64,000 bases of DNA from an uncultured Candidatus Bathyarchaeia archaeon (GTDB lineage: Archaea; Thermoproteota; CALKCG01; B24; JAWCPE01). Below, piece after piece: positions 58,477-64,000 of the stretch (position 1 is its first letter; the number at the start of each line of letters is the position of its first letter). The stretch covers positions 3,474 to 67,473 of the forward strand of contig CAYRUY010000002.1 in the NCBI GenBank assembly GCA_964427455.1. Direction: 5' to 3'. The notes under the pieces were generated by a model. It made no database searches and was not told the DNA's origin. It saw only the letters and a list, made by a program, of their open reading frames with translations. A program made the position numbers and the translations under genes.

Positions 58477-58815
58477 TTGAGAGAGGCCTTAAGAGACTTC
58501 CTGAAGGAGAGCGAAGTAACACTGGATGACCTGCTGGCTGCGATGGACGAGGAGAAGCATGGCCTTCTCGAGGCCCTCAACAAGAGGGTGTCTCTTTCAC
58601 ATGAGGACAGCCAAGCATTAGAGAGACCGCTGTCTAGCAGAGAGCTGAACCTTCTCCTGTTCGTGATCCAAGCCTTCTACATAACGAGCCTCTCCGGGCT
58701 GTATAAGGGAAAGGTCATCTATCCTGTGCGGAGAGATGTGGTACGTGGCGCGAAGGCGACGTTAGAAGGCTTGAAACACGTTGGCAGAGCCTTGGGGGTT
58801 CACATCAATCTATGA
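58477..58815 (+). CDS. Hypothetical protein
   Basis: Helical acidic ORF (REALRDFLKESEVTLDDLL...). TTG 58477 chosen within ORF 58348..58815. Confidence 0.55.
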   Translation: MREALRDFLKESEVTLDDLLAAMDEEKHGLLEALNKRVSLSHEDSQALERPLSSRELNLLLFVIQAFYITSLSGLYKGKVIYPVRRDVVRGAKATLEGLKHVGRALGVHINL

Positions 58816-58906
58816 GGGCTGCCATGAATGCGCCGACAATGTTTTAAGGACTCAGGCGAGTGTGTTGGAGAGAGGTACTCGTTTGAAGCGATCTCTGGCT
58901 AATCCG

Positions 58907-59239
58907 ATGAACGTCGAGGTTCTGCCTACGAAGCGTGTGCGCATACTAGGCTTTGACAAACGAGCGACAGATGATATGGCTTGGTGCGCTGTCTCGATGG
59001 ACCTGTCAAAGCTCTTCTGGGTGGATGGCTACTTCCTCTGCATCGAGACCTATGAGAAAGCCTTCGAGCAAGAGCTGGAGACAGGCATCTTCTCAGTCAG
59101 CCAGGTCTGCTACGCAAAGGCGCCGAACTACGTGAAGCTATACGATGTAGGCCGAGGCATCCAGATCCCGGTCGTCAACGTCTCCGGAATGCGGCTGTTC
59201 GAAGCCGTAGCCAAGGCCGTGCGCGAGAACGGGACCTAA
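58907..59239 (+). CDS. Conserved archaeal hypothetical protein
   Basis: MNVEVLPTKRVRI...LFWVDGYFLC...IPVVNVS. ATG 58907 within ORF 58781..59239. Confidence 0.6.
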   Translation: MNVEVLPTKRVRILGFDKRATDDMAWCAVSMDLSKLFWVDGYFLCIETYEKAFEQELETGIFSVSQVCYAKAPNYVKLYDVGRGIQIPVVNVSGMRLFEAVAKAVRENGT

Positions 59240-59403
59240 GGCTTGAGGCTGTTTCAACCAACCGGTGGCATGTCAGTCGACGAGGTGCCTTACAGCGCTC
59301 AGCCAGGTCACAGTATCTGCCACGGCCCCCGCGCATACGACCATCATACGGCAGCGCTGACTGGCTTTGAGCGCTTCGTTGGGCCTCGCTCTATCCCCGA
59401 AAG

Positions 59404-62400
59404 CTACGCTTGTGTTGTTGGCAGAGGGGCCTCATCTGAGCCTCGACGGTGGCCACGGGAGGAAGCCACGCTCCGCTTCTTCAGCGCCCGGGTGGTCGAG
59501 ACCACGAACCCTAGCAGGAAGCAGCTCGACATAAGTCCCAGGGCCAAGGCCACAACGGTGGGTCCATGATCAACCACAGTGAAGGAAAGGGCCTGCCTGC
59601 TGGCCGCGCCGAGAGTATCCTGGACCAACACGGTCACCTCATACCTTCCCGTAGGTGCCTTAGCGTCCGGCTGGAATCCTGCAAACCACACGTCGCCGTA
59701 GCGTTGAGCCTCTAACGAGATCGTGAGACGATCTGGCTGCGTGAGCGTACACGTGACCTTCAGTCGGCTAGGTGGCGTATCAGGATCGGCGACTCTCAAC
59801 GCGATGGTCTGAGCTTCGATCCACCTGGTGATCTGTCTCTTGGCAAGGGTTGCTGACTCGAATCGAGGATGCTTATTCGGTATCGTTTGGAGGGTTATGG
59901 CTGCAAGCTTGCTGTTCGCCTCGTTTGGCGACGGGTTCGCGATGACGTAGCCCTGCGGCTTCCCTGCCTCAATGGTCCAGTTGACGTAGAACCCTGTCTC
60001 CAGCCAGAGGTCGTCGAACGAGTAGTCGCTCGCGTAGGCCAAGACCCTTCCCCATCCTCCGCTCCCTTCGAACTGCGCTGCGGATAAGAAGCTGTCTGAG
60101 CCCCTTGCGAACTCGTAGAGCCCGATCTCCACGGCGTGTACGAGCCCCACAACCGTGCCATTAGCCTCCACACCTGTGAGGTTGAGTGCAACGCCGCGTC
60201 CGTCTAGGCTCGGGAGTTGAACCACGGTCAGGTTCGTCAAGCCAGGGACGTCAGTTAGCGTCGCGGAGGCATTGCTCCACCTTGTATATGTTGAGTTAAC
60301 CACTCCTATTCCGAAACGCTCCAATAGGCCAATATAACTGAGCTGCTCTCTAACCCATAGGCATCTCCTTCCTACGAAGACGAGGAAAGAGCCCCCGCTC
60401 TTCACATAGTCGGTAAGCTGCTCCATCAGCTCAGGCTCGAACTTGAAGAAGGGGTCCGGAAGAATGATGGCGTCGAAGCGGGTCGGTTCCAAGGCTGGGT
60501 CCAACGAGTGAGCGAGCAACCTCACCCCCTGACGCGCGGCGATGCGAGAGAAGTCCACGTACCAGGCTTGAAGATACTCCCAGCCGGGGTTTAGGTCCAA
60601 CTGGTCCTCCCACAGCACGGTGGCCGAGGGCTCAGCCACGCCTATTCTGAGAGTAACGTTCGCAACAGCCCCGGAGCCTGCCGTGAGCGCGATCTGACCC
60701 TCATGTAGACCCTCATTCGCCGACTGTGGAACCGTGACTGTAAGCGGGACGTAGCTATACCCCAGCTGCTCAGGTTCTGAGGGCTGCTCCAGCTTCACGG
60801 AAAGGTTGGCTAGTCCTAGGGCTGCTGCTTGGATAGACCCTCGAGTTGGATCGTGGAAGACCGTGAGATTGAGATAGTTCCTGTCGCCGGGGAAGCGAAC
60901 CATGAGAGGCCCTGCAAGACCAGTCAGGTTAGATGGGAACACGGCGTTGACCCAATGAGGTTCGCCAACCCTGATTCTTTCAAACCAGCTCGTTTCAGGT
61001 GCCTCCGGTTCGCCGCCCAGTCTGACCGACACACTGACGTTGAACACACCCTCATCCTCGAAGCTGAGCTTGAAGGTCGCGGAGGAGGAATCGAATGGGG
61101 CAGCGGTGGGGAGCATGCCTGTCAGGTTCTGAACGGACTCGTTCAGTCCGATGTTCAGGACCTCCACGGAGTACGTCAGGTTCGTTTCAGGTACCATTCC
61201 TAGATTCGCCACGGAGATGTTGTAGGTCGCCTCCATGCCTTTTCGGACGATTAGCGACGGCGAGCCCACTTCAAGCGATGTTTCTCGCGTTCGACGGCCC
61301 GTGAGCGCTTCGACGGACTCCAGGAAGCTCCTCCGACCCTCGGCGAAGATGAGGAAGAGTGCCTGTTTGCTCTCGTCCCCAAGGCCACTGATTCGCTTCG
61401 GCTGCCACTTCATCGCTAGCGCCACATCTCCGGAAGCGCGGCTTGCGTTCTCAAGCGAGTCTCTCTCCACTTGGCCTTCGACCGTGTCGGGGTCGCCTAC
61501 TTGATGGGCTACGGACAGCTCTTCGCCCACCATTCCAACCCAGCTGTAGAGCCGCGCAGCCAGGGCATCGCCCCCGAAGAGGTAGGACGCCTCGTTGCTC
61601 GAACTCACACCGTCGGCATCGACATCGATGAAGTGGCAGACGGTGACGTTGTCGAGGGTCGAATTGCTTCGGAGGATATACTCGATCTCCGCGTAGGAGG
61701 CGTTCGAGAGGAGGGTCAGCCTCATCGTGACCAGTAGTGGAGGCTCCTCTGCGGAGCCCTCCGCGACAAGTCGGTCGTTCTCGTCGCTTGTGATGTTGAA
61801 GTGGTCAGTGACGCGGAGGTTATCGTTCCAGAGATATGTCCGGTTGCCGTTAGCCGTGAAGCCGAAACGCGTCGCAGAATAGGCGATATTGTTCCCTCCT
61901 CCGTAGAAGCCCCACGTGATCCCAAGATTGTCTGACACGATGAGCTGAACCTTCCCGTTGCGGAGAACAGTGTAACCGGGGTATTGTTCCCAACGAGTTC
62001 TCTGACGCTCCGGCAGCAGCTCAGGCGACGTAGCTATCGGGGGTCTCTCCCTCAAGACACTAGCTCTGGGTCGGGCAAGAGCCTGCACTGGCGCGGGCTC
62101 GTCGTGGCTTGAAGCTGAAAATGCGACCCGGTAGGCTTCGTATACGTTCAGCATCCCAGCACCGATGTTGTTGGGGTCTTCGTCCGGGTGTTGGGCGCTG
62201 GCGACGAGCGCAGCGGATACAGAGGATGGAACCATGCCCTTGAACGCTGAGAGAAGAAGCGCCACGGCGCCGGAGACGTGGGGCGTCGCGACAGAGGTGC
62301 CCGACATGGTCATGTAGAGCGGGTTCTCTGGAAGAGCATACTCCTCAGCGAGAGAACCGCTCGCTGGCGCGACGACGTTCACTCCCGGCGCGGAGAGCAA

Positions 62401-63528
62401 AGGGAGCGACCGCAAGCTGAATCGGTCTGGCCCGCGGCTGCTGAACCACGCCCTTCGGCCCTGAGCGTCCGTAGCCCCGACCGCCACGATCCCTGGGATA
62501 TTCGCAGGCGTCGTGACGCTCCAGTGGTATCCGGAGTTCCCCGCCGCGGCCACGCCTAGGATTCCTGATCGTCTCAGCTTCGCGATCAACTGGCTTAGAG
62601 GATGGTCTTCTCCGAGCGGAGAACGTGTGCTGAAGCTCATGGAGACCACGTCGGGCATCTTCTGGATCACGTACTCCAAGGCCTGGATGACGTTCTCGTA
62701 GGTGCCGACGCCTTCTTTCGAGAACGCCTTCACGTTCATCAAGAGGGCGCCAGGGGCCACGCCTTTGAAGGTCCCGTTTGACGCGCGGCCTGTGCCAGCT
62801 ATCGTCCCCGCGACGTGGGTGCCGTGGCCTAGGTAGTCCATCGAATCTTCGCCCGAGACGAAGGAGACGTTGCTCACGATCTTGCTCCGCCCATCATCGA
62901 AGAAGAAGTCGGGGTGCGTCGAGTTGATGCCCGTATCGATCACAGCTACGACCACTCCTGAGCCGTTGTAGCCGAGGTTCCAAAGCCTATCGGCGCCGAC
63001 CGCGATAGTCGTCTGGTTCAACGTTACCTTAGGCAAGGCTTCGGCCGCTCTGGTCAGGTCTGAGAAACTCTGGACTCCGCTTCGTGGATATGCTAGGGAG
63101 ACATTGCCATCCAGCCATAGCCCAGTCACGTACGGCACATCTCCGATACTCTCGATCCCGCGGACGGGGATGCGCGCTGCAACCACAGGTATGTAGCGGG
63201 AGATGAACTCCACATGAGCACCGATGTTGCGCAGCTCAGGTAGGAGTTGTCCCCCATACTCTTCGCGGTAGGAGACCAAGACTGGGACGTAACCGTCGAG
63301 TGAGACGTTAGTCAAGGTGCGGTAGAGCTCCAAGTCCATCTTGCCAGCGAAGGCTTCATCGAGCCGCGCGATCAGCTGGTCGCGTGTGCCGGCCGCTATG
63401 AATCTGGTCTCTTTCAGAGAATGGCCTTCGACGGCCTCAGGGGCAAAGAGGCCGACTGAGGCGTAGGCTGGTGCTACGATGATCAGCGTGATGAGCAGGC
63501 ATATGACAACGGGTCGAAGCGGCTTCAA
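59404..63528 (-). CDS. Membrane-anchored multidomain S8 (subtilisin-like) serine peptidase
   Basis: Signal peptide, VIDTG, GHGTHVAG, AAGNSG, SGTSVATPHVSGA catalytic motifs, ~850 aa of accessory domains and a C-terminal TM helix. Confidence 0.9.
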   Translation of the reverse strand: MKPLRPVVICLLITLIIVAPAYASVGLFAPEAVEGHSLKETRFIAAGTRDQLIARLDEAFAGKMDLELYRTLTNVSLDGYVPVLVSYREEYGGQLLPELRNIGAHVEFISRYIPVVAARIPVRGIESIGDVPYVTGLWLDGNVSLAYPRSGVQSFSDLTRAAEALPKVTLNQTTIAVGADRLWNLGYNGSGVVVAVIDTGINSTHPDFFFDDGRSKIVSNVSFVSGEDSMDYLGHGTHVAGTIAGTGRASNGTFKGVAPGALLMNVKAFSKEGVGTYENVIQALEYVIQKMPDVVSMSFSTRSPLGEDHPLSQLIAKLRRSGILGVAAAGNSGYHWSVTTPANIPGIVAVGATDAQGRRAWFSSRGPDRFSLRSLPLLSAPGVNVVAPASGSLAEEYALPENPLYMTMSGTSVATPHVSGAVALLLSAFKGMVPSSVSAALVASAQHPDEDPNNIGAGMLNVYEAYRVAFSASSHDEPAPVQALARPRASVLRERPPIATSPELLPERQRTRWEQYPGYTVLRNGKVQLIVSDNLGITWGFYGGGNNIAYSATRFGFTANGNRTYLWNDNLRVTDHFNITSDENDRLVAEGSAEEPPLLVTMRLTLLSNASYAEIEYILRSNSTLDNVTVCHFIDVDADGVSSSNEASYLFGGDALAARLYSWVGMVGEELSVAHQVGDPDTVEGQVERDSLENASRASGDVALAMKWQPKRISGLGDESKQALFLIFAEGRRSFLESVEALTGRRTRETSLEVGSPSLIVRKGMEATYNISVANLGMVPETNLTYSVEVLNIGLNESVQNLTGMLPTAAPFDSSSATFKLSFEDEGVFNVSVSVRLGGEPEAPETSWFERIRVGEPHWVNAVFPSNLTGLAGPLMVRFPGDRNYLNLTVFHDPTRGSIQAAALGLANLSVKLEQPSEPEQLGYSYVPLTVTVPQSANEGLHEGQIALTAGSGAVANVTLRIGVAEPSATVLWEDQLDLNPGWEYLQAWYVDFSRIAARQGVRLLAHSLDPALEPTRFDAIILPDPFFKFEPELMEQLTDYVKSGGSFLVFVGRRCLWVREQLSYIGLLERFGIGVVNSTYTRWSNASATLTDVPGLTNLTVVQLPSLDGRGVALNLTGVEANGTVVGLVHAVEIGLYEFARGSDSFLSAAQFEGSGGWGRVLAYASDYSFDDLWLETGFYVNWTIEAGKPQGYVIANPSPNEANSKLAAITLQTIPNKHPRFESATLAKRQITRWIEAQTIALRVADPDTPPSRLKVTCTLTQPDRLTISLEAQRYGDVWFAGFQPDAKAPTGRYEVTVLVQDTLGAASRQALSFTVVDHGPTVVALALGLMSSCFLLGFVVSTTRALKKRSVASSRGHRRGSDEAPLPTTQA

Positions 63529-63649
63529 GGTGCCCCTCTTCCTAGTCGCCTCCGCATTGAGCCCAAGGGATCAGAGGACTCCCGGGACTGATTCCGGTCG
63601 ACGCGTTCCTTGGCCAGCCTTGGACGAAGCCGGTGCTCTCATCCTTCCA

Positions 63650-64000
63650 CTAGCGGTCACCTAGGTCTTTCACGTCTGTCGAAGCAGCTTGCTCAGGCTG
63701 CGGTGCTTCCTCTCCCATTATCAGGTTAAGCAGCAGTTTCTCGTCTATCTCTGCTCTGCTTCGCCAACCCAGGTAGAGCATTCCCCGCTCGTCCCGAGTC
63801 AAGTATCCTCTTCGCAGGAACCTTTCCAGGTCGTATTGGACCACCCATCCGGGGAATTTTGGCTCCAGCAGCCTCTCGACATCCCTCTGCAACGCCTTCC
63901 CCTGCCTCGAGAGGATGTATGCAACGGTGGCCGCCAGCGCAGCGACATCGTCGATCCGCCAACCGGAGAGCCGCGCATCAGTCGCTGTTGGCGGGCCTCG
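63650..64000 (-). CDS. Winged-helix-like hypothetical protein; 5' end outside the window
   Basis: Frame open to base 64000: ...ATVAYILSRQGKALQRDVERLL..KFP.W....DLERFLRRGYL......LYLGWRSRAEID. Confidence 0.65.
   Translation of the reverse strand, partial: RGPPTATDARLSGWRIDDVAALAATVAYILSRQGKALQRDVERLLEPKFPGWVVQYDLERFLRRGYLTRDERGMLYLGWRSRAEIDEKLLLNLIMGEEAPQPEQAASTDVKDLGDR

Noticed and set aside
1258-63962. The many 60-210 aa ORFs antisense to or nested in recognised genes (e.g. 39863..40501, 53472..54140, 54493..55107, 29121..29741)
   Set aside because: Shadow ORFs expected in GC-rich DNA; no motifs, and they overlap well-supported genes.
1-64000. CRISPR array, IS element, integrase or rRNA gene
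   Set aside because: No regularly spaced repeats, transposase or recombinase motifs, terminal inverted repeats or rRNA-like sequence seen by eye.

Overview
Archaeal chromosomal DNA, roughly 55-65% GC by eye. The gene content points to a TACK lineage, most consistent with Bathyarchaeia (inference): PolB1, class I CCA enzyme, MptD, CofE, type-2 SerRS, HdrABC-MvhADG and a multi-intron tRNA. The window is mostly housekeeping and metabolic genes (about 55 CDS), with no CRISPR array, rRNA or recognisable transposase. The standout is a tRNA-Pro(GGG) gene at 15436-15605 that reassembles into a normal 76-nt cloverleaf only after five short introns are removed, each flanked by a strict or relaxed bulge-helix-bulge motif. 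Other notable items: (i) a lower-GC hdrCBA-mvhDGA block lying between ubiD and the two acnX genes of the archaeal mevalonate pathway, ending in an orphan C-terminal fragment of a NuoB/group-4 hydrogenase small subunit; (ii) a glyoxylate carboligase-like gene convergent with gcvH-like, glcD and glcF genes; (iii) several conserved genes with no ATG/GTG/TTG upstream of their conserved N-terminus; (iv) several enzymes with altered catalytic motifs (ThiI-like, RsmB-like, cca-linked kinase). All calls come from motif recognition by eye; no database search was run.
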